From: a bacterium
GTDB taxonomy: Bacteria > Patescibacteriota > Minisyncoccia > Phycocordibacterales > Phycocordibacteraceae
DNA length: 58,872 nucleotides
Reading direction: 5' to 3'
Assembly: GCA_021811365.1 (NCBI GenBank)
Contig: JAJZPB010000004.1
Span: 1 to 58,872, forward strand
Positions 9,422 to 18,686 of this stretch are shown here, piece by piece. Positions within the stretch are counted from its first letter, which is position 1. Every line of letters starts with the position of its first letter. The notes under the pieces are model-generated. The model was not told the DNA's origin, ran no database searches, and saw only the letters and a program-made list of their open reading frames with translations. Made by a program: the position numbers and the translations under genes.

Positions 9422-10009
9422 CTACCCTATTTGCCGGCGACGAGCCCAGCCGACGTACAGCGCACCCAGTGTCGTCGCGTCGATAAAAACCATGTATACC
9501 GGGTAGGCGAGATTCGGCGCGTTAATGATATTCGCAGATAACACGCTTGCGAGCGACGCAAACATGATAATCCACCAGCCCAGCAGACTTTCGGATGCTG
9601 GCTCTATCAGCGCTTTCACGAGCGTAGGAACCGATGCAAAAAGATCTGCAAAAATAGCAAACCCAATTGCAACGATAGGGTCCTTAGTAGCCTGCCACGC
9701 AGCTACCGCTATGAGCGCCAGGACAAAACAGACGATATCGGTCCTGCCGTAAGCGTGGTAGCCGTACCCAGTGAGCGCGAGTACGGTTACCACGGCAGTA
9801 TTTACTGTGATGACCACAAGCAGCACCACCGACCACGACGCACCTGCGGAAAACTGCGCAGCCATGGCAATGCCCTGAAGCAGAGTCCACAGAAACCACG
9901 AAACGGCATTAGGGCGCGTTGTGCCGTAGAAGATATCCTTTATGTAAGGGACGATTGCGGCAACCGCCAAAACGCCGGAGAGTATCGCCAACGCAGGATG
10001 CCAGTACAT
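9422..10009 (-). CDS. multi-pass membrane protein (PQ-loop/SemiSWEET-like duplicated fold)
   Basis: 195 aa, ~7 hydrophobic helices, PYIKDI...TRPNAVSW and PTLVKA...ESLLGW half-repeats. Confidence 0.7.
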   Translation of the reverse strand: MYWHPALAILSGVLAVAAIVPYIKDIFYGTTRPNAVSWFLWTLLQGIAMAAQFSAGASWSVVLLVVITVNTAVVTVLALTGYGYHAYGRTDIVCFVLALIAVAAWQATKDPIVAIGFAIFADLFASVPTLVKALIEPASESLLGWWIIMFASLASVLSANIINAPNLAYPVYMVFIDATTLGALYVGWARRRQIG

Positions 10010-10015
10010 AGGAAG

Positions 10016-10684
10016 CTACGTAGCCTTCGGCCAGCGCGTTGCCGCTTCGGGCCACCGTTTGGTGAGCGGATGGCTCGCGCAGTCGTGCGGACGCGCTGGG
10101 CACACGTAGCGGCCATAGAGCACAAGTCCGTTATTGACGTACTTCCAGTCACTTTTGGGCACAAGTTGTTCGAGGTCCTTGGAAATCTTTGTAGGATCGT
10201 TCGCGTCTGAGAGGTCAAAACGCTTCGCAAAGCGCTTCACATGCGTGTCGGTGGCAATGCCGTCCCACACATCGAAAAGCTCGCCTAAGATGACGTGCGC
10301 GGTCTTGTAGCCGATGCCCGGCAGGGCGACGAGCTCCGCTTCGGTTCGCGGGACCTTGCCCCTGTGTTTTTCTGCAACCACCGTTGCGGCACCTATAATC
10401 GCCTTCGCCTTGTTGCGGAAAAACGGAATCGAGGAAATCTCGTTCGTAAAGACTGCGGGGTCGGCCGCGGCAAAGTCGCGCGGCGTTTTGTATTTCTTCC
10501 AGAGTAGAGCCGTCACCTTGTTAACCGCCTTGTCGGTGCACTGGGCCGAGAGCATTACCGCGGCAACGAATTGAAAATTGGTTTTATACGCGAGCTCGCT
10601 CTTTGGCTTCGGATACGATTTTTTAAGGTACGCAAGGATTTTCTTCATGCGCGCTTTCCGTTCGGCGAGCGCTCTGGGAGTCAT
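10016..10684 (-). CDS. nth: endonuclease III (degenerate Fe-S motif)
   Basis: VMLSAQCTDKAVN, FFRNKAK, LPGIGYKTA, DTHVKR; start MTPRAL at 10684. Confidence 0.92.
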   Translation of the reverse strand: MTPRALAERKARMKKILAYLKKSYPKPKSELAYKTNFQFVAAVMLSAQCTDKAVNKVTALLWKKYKTPRDFAAADPAVFTNEISSIPFFRNKAKAIIGAATVVAEKHRGKVPRTEAELVALPGIGYKTAHVILGELFDVWDGIATDTHVKRFAKRFDLSDANDPTKISKDLEQLVPKSDWKYVNNGLVLYGRYVCPARPHDCASHPLTKRWPEAATRWPKAT

Positions 10685-10752
10685 GAGCGCATTGTAGCGC
10701 GAAAGGAGCGGCCGTGCGTCCGGGGCCATTCCCTTCGCGCACGGAGGCGCTA

Positions 10753-11229
10753 TCACCCGGCCATTCCGGAAAGGTCTTTGATCACCTCTGCTGCGTGAGT
10801 TTCGGGCTTTACCTTCTCGTACACCTTTGCGATCGTCCCCGCGGGATCTATAAGAAACGATGTACGACTCGTGCCCATATACGTCTTCCCCATCATGGTC
10901 TTCTCGCCGAATACCCCATACTGGTTCACCACTTCCTTGTGCTCGTCAGCAAGAAGCGTGAAAGGAAGTTCGTAAGCGGTTGCGAACTTCTTATGGCTTG
11001 CGACGCTGTCGGTCGACACGCCGAGCACTACGGCCCCGATCTTCTGGAAGTCTTTAAACTGATCGCGGATTGCGCACGCCTCAAGCGTGCAGCCGGGCGT
11101 ATCATCCTTGGGATAAAAATAAAGAAGAACCCACTTCCCGCGATAATCGGCAAGCGCATGTTCTTTTCCGTCTTGGTCGGGAAGCAAAAACGTTGGGGCC
11201 TCTGCGCCGATTACTGGGATTCGTGCCAT
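10753..11229 (-). CDS. bcp: thioredoxin-dependent peroxiredoxin (BCP/PrxQ)
   Basis: LYFYPKDDTPGCTLEAC motif. Confidence 0.95.
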   Translation of the reverse strand: MARIPVIGAEAPTFLLPDQDGKEHALADYRGKWVLLYFYPKDDTPGCTLEACAIRDQFKDFQKIGAVVLGVSTDSVASHKKFATAYELPFTLLADEHKEVVNQYGVFGEKTMMGKTYMGTSRTSFLIDPAGTIAKVYEKVKPETHAAEVIKDLSGMAG

Positions 11230-11309
11230 TACGAAACAGTATACCGCACACAACGCAGAAGTTATGGTGACGAGTACACGGATGGCCAGTGCCACGAGCG
11301 AACACCCCG

Positions 11310-11762
11310 CTAGGCGCTTTCTGTATCTTCCTTCCTCAGCGCGTTACGAACCGGCTCGATGCGCGTGGCAAAAATAAAGATGAGCAGCACAATCAGAGCC
11401 GAGCCTACGCAGTATTCGCACAGCGCTTGGATTACGAAAACCTGCAGAAGCGTGAACGCGATTGAGACGAGCAAACCGACAATGGCGAGGCCTTGGAGCA
11501 CGCGCCGCAAGAGCCGGTCAAACAGCGCGAGCTCGAGAGCTGAGAGGGCAAAGATGACGCCGTAAAAAAGGAGCCCGTATTCAGCAACCGGAACGCCGAA
11601 GAGCCGCGAATACGGGCTCTGCGCAACGATATTACAGCCCGAAAGGTTCGCGATATTGCATTGGAGCGGCGTTCCGTTGATCTCGTGCCTAGCCAAGTAC
11701 GCCGAATCGGCTAGTCCGCAAAACGCAAGTAAAAGTATGAAGATGACGCCCCAACGCTTCAT
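11310..11762 (-). CDS. vitamin K epoxide reductase (VKOR) family disulfide-bond formation protein
   Basis: C-x6-C pair, SPYSRLFGVP, C-terminal CEYC; four TM helices; GGAGG SD and TTGCAG-17-TATGGT promoter. Confidence 0.9.
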   Translation of the reverse strand: MKRWGVIFILLLAFCGLADSAYLARHEINGTPLQCNIANLSGCNIVAQSPYSRLFGVPVAEYGLLFYGVIFALSALELALFDRLLRRVLQGLAIVGLLVSIAFTLLQVFVIQALCEYCVGSALIVLLIFIFATRIEPVRNALRKEDTESA

Positions 11763-11935
11763 AATGGTGCCTCCACCATACGCGCCCGACGCGCTCACTG
11801 CAAGCAGTGAAAATCCGGAATGCTCTCCTACTCTAATGAAAGAACTGAGTGACGAGGCTTGCGGTAGAGCTCTCAGCACGCGTTCGCTGCCGCCAGCGCG
11901 CTTGCTTTACGTGCAACAAGCATCCTGCTGCCGCC

Positions 11936-11969
11936 ACAAACTCGCCGCTCAGGCGAGCGGCGAGTTTGT
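11936..11969 (-). terminator. hairpin overlapping the stop codon of the metallopeptidase gene
   Basis: ACAAACTCGCCGCTC-AGGC-GAGCGGCGAGTTTGT. Confidence 0.6.
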
Positions 11970-12398
11970 TTCGTCCTCGCTCTCGGTGAAGTGGTTCGTT
12001 CCTGCCTCTTCGCGCTCACGCACTTCCTGCTCAGCAAGCCCGAAATAGTGCCCTATCTCATGCCAAAGCGTCTCATGCACCGCGAGGCGCACTGCCTCTG
12101 GTTCGGTCTGTGCGCGCCCGGTGTGCAAAAGTTCCTTTGCTTCTTCGAGAAGCGGTACGCGATACAGGGTGATCGTGTCGGGCAAAACTCCGCTGTAGAA
12201 GTCGCCGCGCTCGTTTGCGGGAACGCCGCGGTACAGTCCGAGGAGCGTCTCTTGTGGAGCGAGCGACTCTTCGCGCCGCACCGCTTCGCTCGGCGCGTCC
12301 TCGAGCAGAAGCGCGACGTTTTCTATGCGGCGCGCAAAGCGCGCCGGAATTTTTCGGAACTCTTCTCCAACTATTCGCTCGAAATCATCGTTGTTCAT
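11949..12398 (-). CDS. zincin-like metallopeptidase (DUF1025-type)
   Basis: LLGLYRGVP, PDTITLYR, HEIGHYFG (HExxH). Confidence 0.9.
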   Translation of the reverse strand: MNNDDFERIVGEEFRKIPARFARRIENVALLLEDAPSEAVRREESLAPQETLLGLYRGVPANERGDFYSGVLPDTITLYRVPLLEEAKELLHTGRAQTEPEAVRLAVHETLWHEIGHYFGLAEQEVREREEAGTNHFTESEDETNSPLA

Positions 12399-12498
12399 GT
12401 ATCTAAAACGATACCGCCGCCCGAGGGCGGCGGTATCGGATGCAGCCCCGCACCAAGAGGAGTGAATGCCGCTACGCTCGCTAGTAGCAGCATTCCAG

Positions 12499-13377
12499 CT
12501 AGAAGCCGTTCTCGTCGAGATCGCGGAGCTGCTTGTAAGGGCGAATGCCCCTACACACATCACTACGCGCAATGCCAGACATTCTTTCAGTACTTGAAGA
12601 AAACACAGCGACGGGCGAAGATGGCGGTCTCGAACCAAGCCCGAATACCCGCCAAGGGAACACGAAACACGCATGGAAAACAGTACTCGACGACGTGGGA
12701 CCGACCACCGGCACGCCTACCACGCGCACCGTTCCGCCGCGAGCGAGTATCGTAAGGTCGATGCCGCGCAAATCAGCCCCGTCGATTTTCCATAGGTGTC
12801 CGGAAAAGTCCTTGAGGACAAACCCGAGCGGCGAGGATGAGGCCGCCGAAGCGACCGACATGACCACTCCGCCCAAGAGCCCTCGGTTCGGGTTAAGCCA
12901 CCAGCCGTGTTCTTGCTGCAAAATAGGCCGATAAAAGGGCGGGATGCTGCCGAGCGCCTCTTCAACACGGCCTCCGTAGCCAGCGGCATAGAGAGCGCTA
13001 CCCAAAGTAACCGACGTGAGCACCGCTCCTGCAGCAATGAGCAACAACGGATAGCGATATCCGCGGTTTGTGTGGCGAATGTTGACATAGCCAAGGAGTA
13101 TAAAAACCGCGAGCGCAATAACCCACAAAAATGGCGCGACCGCGAGTACGAACGAAAAAAGGTTCGGATGGGTTGCCATATACAGCCGCCAGGTGGTGTT
13201 CTCCACCTCAAAGAGTGCCGCAGAGAAGGCAACCGCGCCCAGAGTGACCGCCACGGCGCCAACGGTCCAGAACGTGTAGTTCTTGAGCAAAAACTCCCAC
13301 CGCGGGCGCGGATGCACATCTTCCGCTTCAATTCGATGAAGAACGCGTTCAGCAAGCTGGTTCGACGTTTCGTTCAT
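12499..13377 (-). CDS. membrane protein, putative anti-sigma partner of the adjacent ECF sigma factor
   Basis: Short N-terminal cytoplasmic helix, three TM helices, extracytoplasmic beta domain with Cys pair; 9 nt downstream of the sigma gene. Confidence 0.65.
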   Translation of the reverse strand: MNETSNQLAERVLHRIEAEDVHPRPRWEFLLKNYTFWTVGAVAVTLGAVAFSAALFEVENTTWRLYMATHPNLFSFVLAVAPFLWVIALAVFILLGYVNIRHTNRGYRYPLLLIAAGAVLTSVTLGSALYAAGYGGRVEEALGSIPPFYRPILQQEHGWWLNPNRGLLGGVVMSVASAASSSPLGFVLKDFSGHLWKIDGADLRGIDLTILARGGTVRVVGVPVVGPTSSSTVFHACFVFPWRVFGLGSRPPSSPVAVFSSSTERMSGIARSDVCRGIRPYKQLRDLDENGF

Positions 13378-13386
13378 GGGCAGGGA

Positions 13387-13956
13387 TTAAAGAATGAAGG
13401 CGTTAGGGAGCGCGGCGCGTAGAGCACGCTTTGCTCGATAGATAAGGGTAGAGACAGTTCCGAGCGGCACCTGGAGAATATCAGAAATTTCGGTGTACGA
13501 ACGATCGTCAAAGAAGCGTAAGATAAGCACTTCGCGGTACTGCGGGTCGATGGCTACCAGCGCGCGAGAAAGCTCTTCACGCGAGAGCCGCCGCTCGGCG
13601 GCTCTCGTCGAATCTGCATGCTCGTCGCGCAACTCCGATAGAAGGAAGTCGCTATCGTCGCCGAGCACCACCTGCGGCCGCGCGCGCCGCGCGCGGAAGA
13701 AGCTCATGGCTTCATTATGCGCAATACGATAAATCCAGGACGAAAAGGACAACGATGGGTCAAAGCTATTGAGGTTCCGATACGCTTTAATGAACACGTT
13801 CTGGAGCACGTCTTCCCGGTCTTCGCGCACGCCTAACCCCAGCCGCTCCAAGTAGCGGCCAAGCTTCGCCTCATAGCGACCTATGAGCTCTGCAAAGGCG
13901 TCTTTGTCGGTTATCGTCCGACGGACAACTTCTTCATCGGTCGATTCTCCCGGCAT
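13387..13956 (-). CDS. ECF sigma-70 factor
   Basis: EDVLQNVFIKAY, FSSWIYRIAHN (region 2), SYTEISDILQVPLGTVSTLIYRA (region 4). Confidence 0.95.
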   Translation of the reverse strand: MPGESTDEEVVRRTITDKDAFAELIGRYEAKLGRYLERLGLGVREDREDVLQNVFIKAYRNLNSFDPSLSFSSWIYRIAHNEAMSFFRARRARPQVVLGDDSDFLLSELRDEHADSTRAAERRLSREELSRALVAIDPQYREVLILRFFDDRSYTEISDILQVPLGTVSTLIYRAKRALRAALPNAFIL

Positions 13957-14049
13957 CCCCCCATTCTACTACGATAGTACGCATAGAAGGAGTGCCCTAT
14001 TTCGTCCGTCGATTTCAGTAGGGGCATGCTAAGATAACCGCCACGGCTC

Positions 14050-14658
14050 ATGTCTCTCACGGCCATCTTTCTGCACTTCATCAGCAGTGCTGCGGGCAGT
14101 TCCATCCTCACCGGAGTGGCGATCGTCATCGCTACCTTTATTTTGGAGGACCCGACAACCATTCTAGTGGGCATCCTTGCCTCGGAAGGCGTCATCTCCA
14201 TACTTACCGCACTCGTCGCCCTCTATGTTGGAATCGTGCTGGGCGACCTTGGTCTCTATGGGCTCGGGTCGCTTGCCCGCACCCATCCCACGCTTGGAAA
14301 GTATGTAGAACACGAAAGGGTGACTCCCATCAAAAGCTGGTTCGAGAAACGGTATGCGCTTACGATTTTTACCGTACGATTCGTACCCGGGCTGCGTCTG
14401 CCCACGTATACAGCGAGCGGATTTTTCCGCATGCCCATTCTCCCCTTCCTAGTAACCGCCATCGGCGCAACGCTTGTCTGGACGACCGTCCTCTTCTCAG
14501 CGGCTTACTGGTTCGGCAACCTCACCAACGAATGGGTCGGCTGGGTGCGCTGGCCTATCGCGGGCATTTTCTTGCTCATTCTTTTCTTCGTCGGACGGCA
14601 CAACATTATGAATTTTCGCGCAGAAACCAAGGGGGAGCCGCCGCGCACTGACACCTAG
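14050..14658 (+). CDS. DedA/VTT family membrane protein
   Basis: TFILED, GDLGLYGLG, RFVPGLRLPTYTASG. Confidence 0.9.
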   Translation: MSLTAIFLHFISSAAGSSILTGVAIVIATFILEDPTTILVGILASEGVISILTALVALYVGIVLGDLGLYGLGSLARTHPTLGKYVEHERVTPIKSWFEKRYALTIFTVRFVPGLRLPTYTASGFFRMPILPFLVTAIGATLVWTTVLFSAAYWFGNLTNEWVGWVRWPIAGIFLLILFFVGRHNIMNFRAETKGEPPRTDT

Positions 14659-14659
14659 C

Positions 14660-15721
14660 ATGGGCGACCCGGTAAAGAAAGAACGTTTGTTCTCGCTGCT
14701 TGAGTACGCGCCCGAATGGCTCGTGCGGCTTCCGTACATCCCGTATATCGCCTGGCTCATGCTGCGCTTCCGCAGCGTGACACTGCCGACCATTGCCAAC
14801 CCCTCTTTCTTCTTAGGCGACCTAGTCGGCGCGTCCAAGACCGATATGCACGCGTGCATGGGGGCCGACGCACGCCAATACTTCGCGCCATTCGTTACGG
14901 TCAAAGCCGTAGCACCACTCTCCGAGATCCGTGCGAAGCTCGAACGTGCAGGTCTCTCTTTCCCGCTCGTCGCAAAACCTGACTTAGGCCGCAACGGCCG
15001 CGGGGTGAGCGTGGTGGAAAACGAAAACGCGCTGGCGTTGCATCTCGCCAAATTTCCGCCTGACGCCCACATGGTACTCCAGCGGTACGTACGAGCGCCG
15101 CGCGAAGCGGGCGTATTCTACGTGCGGCGACCATCAGAAAAAGACGGTCGGATAACCTCGCTCACCTTGAAGAGCTTCCCCTTCGTGGTCGGCGATGGGC
15201 GCGCTACGCTGCGAGAACTTATTCTTGCCGACGAGCGCGCGGCGCGCATCGCTCGTATCTACTTCCGCCGCAATAAACGCGCGCTCGATGAAGTCATTCC
15301 CGCAGGCGTTGAACACCCGCTCGTGTCGGTAGGCAACCATGTGCGCGGAGCGATTTTTACGAACGGCGAACAAGCCATTACGCCTCAGCTCTCTGCGGTA
15401 TTTGACCGCATCGGTAAAGACATAAAAGAGTTTTATTTCGGCCGCTTCGACGTGCGCTACGACGACTTTGAAGCATTCAAGCGCGGCGAAGGGTTCACCA
15501 TTATCGAATTTAACGGCTCGTCGAGCGAGCCGACCCATGTGTGGGACCGCCGCACAAGTGTATGCGACACCTACCGCGCGCTCCTGGGTCACTGGCGACT
15601 CGCTTTCGAAATCGGCGCGGAAAACCGAGCGCGCGGCATACGAACTCCCTCCGCACGCGCTGTGCTTCGCGCCCACTTCGCGGAAGACCACCTCATTAAG
15701 CGGTACCCCGACGAAGAATAA
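14660..15721 (+). CDS. ATP-grasp protein (D-Ala-D-Ala ligase-like, cyanophycin-synthetase-type insert)
   Basis: FPLVAKPDLGRNGRGV, VVGDGRATLRELI, GRFDVRY, IIEFNG; 1 nt after dedA. Confidence 0.8.
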   Translation: MGDPVKKERLFSLLEYAPEWLVRLPYIPYIAWLMLRFRSVTLPTIANPSFFLGDLVGASKTDMHACMGADARQYFAPFVTVKAVAPLSEIRAKLERAGLSFPLVAKPDLGRNGRGVSVVENENALALHLAKFPPDAHMVLQRYVRAPREAGVFYVRRPSEKDGRITSLTLKSFPFVVGDGRATLRELILADERAARIARIYFRRNKRALDEVIPAGVEHPLVSVGNHVRGAIFTNGEQAITPQLSAVFDRIGKDIKEFYFGRFDVRYDDFEAFKRGEGFTIIEFNGSSSEPTHVWDRRTSVCDTYRALLGHWRLAFEIGAENRARGIRTPSARAVLRAHFAEDHLIKRYPDEE

Positions 15722-15724
15722 TGA

Positions 15725-16231
15725 CTAGCTGAATATCTTGGTAATCGACTCGCCGTAGCGAATCCGGTATTCGTGCACCGTAAGGATGAGAATAGCGAAA
15801 TCGAGCGCGGCAAGCACCTGCAGCACCACCTCGTGGCGTGCCATACCGCGGTAAATCTCGTATACGCCAAATACCAAAAGGCTCGCCATAAAGAGCGGGT
15901 ACGCGATGCGCCGACCCGAAAAGATGCCGACGACGAGTAGCACCTTTATGAGTCCATGGAGCACCAGGTACCCCGCAATGAGCCAGTGCCCCGACGCCGC
16001 GAGCGAGTGCACAAGTGCGTGCACTGCATGTGCCGTGAGGCCGTTCGGCTCGCGGGCAAGCTCCTCCGCGGTAAACCGCGCAACCCACCCCGTTATCATT
16101 GCCGGGCGCACCATGGCCAAAAAGAGACCGCCGAGCACCTCGATAACACCGTCGACCCCCTTTATGCCAAGCGCGATATCGAATAACCGGCGATACTCTA
16201 ACTCGCGCTTCGGCTCCGGTAGCTCTTCCAT
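15725..16231 (-). CDS. DUF2127 family membrane protein
   Basis: KGVDGVIEVLGG, YLVLHGLIK, four TM helices. Confidence 0.8.
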   Translation of the reverse strand: MEELPEPKRELEYRRLFDIALGIKGVDGVIEVLGGLFLAMVRPAMITGWVARFTAEELAREPNGLTAHAVHALVHSLAASGHWLIAGYLVLHGLIKVLLVVGIFSGRRIAYPLFMASLLVFGVYEIYRGMARHEVVLQVLAALDFAILILTVHEYRIRYGESITKIFS

Positions 16232-16275
16232 GGTGCGCAGAATACCAGAATTCGCCCGCATACCTAACTAACGCA

Positions 16276-16306
16276 AAACGCGCGGCGCCAGAGGCGCCGC
16301 GCGTTT
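16276..16306. terminator. intrinsic terminator hairpin
   Basis: AAACGCGCGGCGCC-AGA-GGCGCCGCGCGTTT. Confidence 0.7.
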
Positions 16307-16319
16307 CTCGTCCGAACCG

Positions 16320-16898
16320 TTACTTTTGCACGCGCGCAGCAAGCGTCTCGAGCGCCTTTGCCACAAGTTCCTTCACACTTTCGTTCTTCATAGGCCCAGG
16401 CGCGTCGTGGTACGCCTTTGCCTGGTCATCCGACATCGCAAACACCTCTGCCGCAGGGCCGAGGTAGAGTTCAGGCTGACCAATCACGCGCGCATCAAGG
16501 TACAGCAGCGTGTGCTTCAGCTGGCTCTGCGCTATGGCGGTGCCGATTTTCCCGACCGACACCCCCGCAACGAGCACGATTTTGCCGGCCAGCGAGTTCT
16601 TACCGTACGGACGGCTCAGCCAATCAATGGCGTTGCTAAGCGCCCCGGGAATCATGCGATTGAACTCTGGCGTCGCGATAATGATTCCGTCGGCGTTTTC
16701 GACTTTCTGCTTGAGCGCCAACGCTTCCGGCGGAAACTCTGTTTCGAGGTCGCTGTTATAGAGCGGCAACGAGCCGATGTCGGCAACCGTAATTTCCATT
16801 CCGGAAGGCGCGAGCTTCTGCATCTCGCGCAAAAGCGCCAAATTAAACGAACCCTCCCGCAGACTTCCTGATATACCGACAATATTCATTGTATTCAC
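16320..16898 (-). CDS. NADPH-dependent FMN reductase
   Basis: GSLREGSFN, ADGIIIATPEFN, IDWLSRP. Confidence 0.92.
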   Translation of the reverse strand: MNTMNIVGISGSLREGSFNLALLREMQKLAPSGMEITVADIGSLPLYNSDLETEFPPEALALKQKVENADGIIIATPEFNRMIPGALSNAIDWLSRPYGKNSLAGKIVLVAGVSVGKIGTAIAQSQLKHTLLYLDARVIGQPELYLGPAAEVFAMSDDQAKAYHDAPGPMKNESVKELVAKALETLAARVQK

Positions 16899-16968
16899 AC
16901 GTTATGGCTACACCCTAAGCCTAGCCTTTCTCGCGCGGGGCCTAGGTGGGGATAACGTCAAAAAGCCC

Positions 16969-17670
16969 TTATTTTAGGTACTGTTTCCAGCGATGATACA
17001 GCGCCGCGGTAGCAAAGAGATCGCCTGCATTGTAGCGGGCAATATCAAGTCCCTTTCCTGCGCGAAAGAGCCCTGCCACGTCGTCGCCCTTCGTGCCGCC
17101 CGCTTTTGGACTTTCGATACCGAGTGCGCGACAAAAAAGGTGGAGGCTTTTCTTATAACGCGCGGCGCCGTAAAAAGTGAGCTGGTCCAGCAAATCGACG
17201 TGCTGGCAGCCGCGCTGAAGCGACGTGTAGCGGTTACTCAAGAGGTCGCGCGAAGGCTTGAGGTTGTGCACCAGCGAACGAATCGCAAGAAACGGCGCGT
17301 CGAAACTGCGACCATTAAATGAAACAAACTCGGTATACTGCTGGGCTCCTTCCCAAAAAAGCTCGAGCATGTCGCGCTCGCCGACGGGCTTGTAGGTGAT
17401 GCTGCGTTCTTCTGACTCCTCCGCGGTCGTTCCTGCCGGATCGTAGTACACGACGCCTTTTTTCTTTTCCGTGTCATACACGCCAATCGCCACAATGAAC
17501 CCGGTAAGCGGTGAAAGGCCGAGCCCCTCACGAAGCTGTTTGAGCTCGAACGCCGCGTCTTCTTCGTCGCGCGAAGACTGTTCAAGATACCAGGCGAGAT
17601 TGTGCTGCGTGGTTTCGTCGAATGATTCCCAGTCTTCGCCGACCGTCTCAATATCGAATACGAGCGCCAT
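16969..17670 (-). CDS. DEDD 3'-5' exonuclease (PolB-like/RNase H-like fold)
   Basis: LVFDIET, FNGRSFDAPFL, HVDLLD, YNAGDL. Confidence 0.88.
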   Translation of the reverse strand: MALVFDIETVGEDWESFDETTQHNLAWYLEQSSRDEEDAAFELKQLREGLGLSPLTGFIVAIGVYDTEKKKGVVYYDPAGTTAEESEERSITYKPVGERDMLELFWEGAQQYTEFVSFNGRSFDAPFLAIRSLVHNLKPSRDLLSNRYTSLQRGCQHVDLLDQLTFYGAARYKKSLHLFCRALGIESPKAGGTKGDDVAGLFRAGKGLDIARYNAGDLFATAALYHRWKQYLK

Positions 17671-17718
17671 ACGTGCATTACATCATAACCCGTCCGCGCT
17701 TCGTGATTTAATCAGGAC

Positions 17719-18642
17719 ATGAGCCCGCACCTTCGGCGCGCAAGCGCCGCCCTCGCGTTCGCCAGCGTCACCGGCATCGGTGGTTACCTTATCGGCCAAA
17801 ACGGCAGCACCAGTGCCGAAACAGCGCTCGGCGGCGTAGTACTCCCTGCGCCCGCGCCGAACACTACACGCCTTCTCTACTCGCTCGACCAGAAGCAAAA
17901 CGACCAGGAGCTGATTGCACTTATCGACGCGACCAAGAAACGCGCGTACTTCGCAATGTACGAATTCACACTCAAAGACATAGCCGACGCGCTTGTGGCA
18001 GCGAAACGGCGCGGCGTCGACGTTCGCGGTCTCGTCGACGCAGGCGAAAGCGCGAACAGCTACGACGCACCCATCATGACCGAGCTTTCCGCCGCAGGCA
18101 TTCCGATTGAAACAGAGCACCACGTCGATGGGCAGGGCATCATGCACATTAAGGCGCTCGTCACCGATACCGCCTACGCAATCGGCAGCTATAACTGGAC
18201 GAGCTCTGCCACGAACGAAAACGACGAGATTTTGGAGATTGGAACCAGCCCTGTCCTTGTGAGTGCATACGCGAGCTTACTGGAACGCTTACTACAAAAA
18301 TATGCGGGCACTGCCGCGGCGGCGCAAAGCGCCGCCGCGTCTGCTTCTATAGGCACAATCGACTACACCGAAGCGCCGCAGCACATCGGCGCATACGCCT
18401 CGGTGCGCGGGACGCTCATTAGCGCCTATACCGCTTCGAGCGGAACGGTCTTTCTCGACTTTTGCAAAAGCTATAAAACCTGTCCGTTCTCGGCCGTTAT
18501 TTTCTCGGGCGACACCAAAGCCTTCGGCGACCTCTCGAGACTTGCTGGCAAAACGGTCACCCTCACCGGCACCATCACCGCCTACAACAGCCGCGCCGAA
18601 ATCAAGCTCACCAACCCAAACCAGCTTTCGGTGGCTCCCTAG
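17719..18642 (+). CDS. secreted/membrane-anchored phospholipase D-like nuclease with C-terminal OB-fold-like domain
   Basis: N-terminal hydrophobic anchor; single HxK(x4)D...GSYNW...N motif (HIKALVTD...GSYNWT...NENDE); Ala linker; C-terminal OB-like VTLTGTI...EIKL. Confidence 0.85.
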   Translation: MSPHLRRASAALAFASVTGIGGYLIGQNGSTSAETALGGVVLPAPAPNTTRLLYSLDQKQNDQELIALIDATKKRAYFAMYEFTLKDIADALVAAKRRGVDVRGLVDAGESANSYDAPIMTELSAAGIPIETEHHVDGQGIMHIKALVTDTAYAIGSYNWTSSATNENDEILEIGTSPVLVSAYASLLERLLQKYAGTAAAAQSAAASASIGTIDYTEAPQHIGAYASVRGTLISAYTASSGTVFLDFCKSYKTCPFSAVIFSGDTKAFGDLSRLAGKTVTLTGTITAYNSRAEIKLTNPNQLSVAP

Positions 18643-18686
18643 CAAACTTGGCGCAGGACCGCACAATATGTTATAATTACTCCCAA

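Noticed and set aside
11780-11935. CTGAGAG in the VKOR upstream spacer as a TPP riboswitch
   Set aside because: Other conserved TPP elements are absent, and it lies upstream of the predicted VKOR promoter
16946-16956. DnaA-box-like sequences (also near 55147) as oriC
   Set aside because: Isolated one-mismatch boxes with no cluster, no unwinding element and no dnaA nearby
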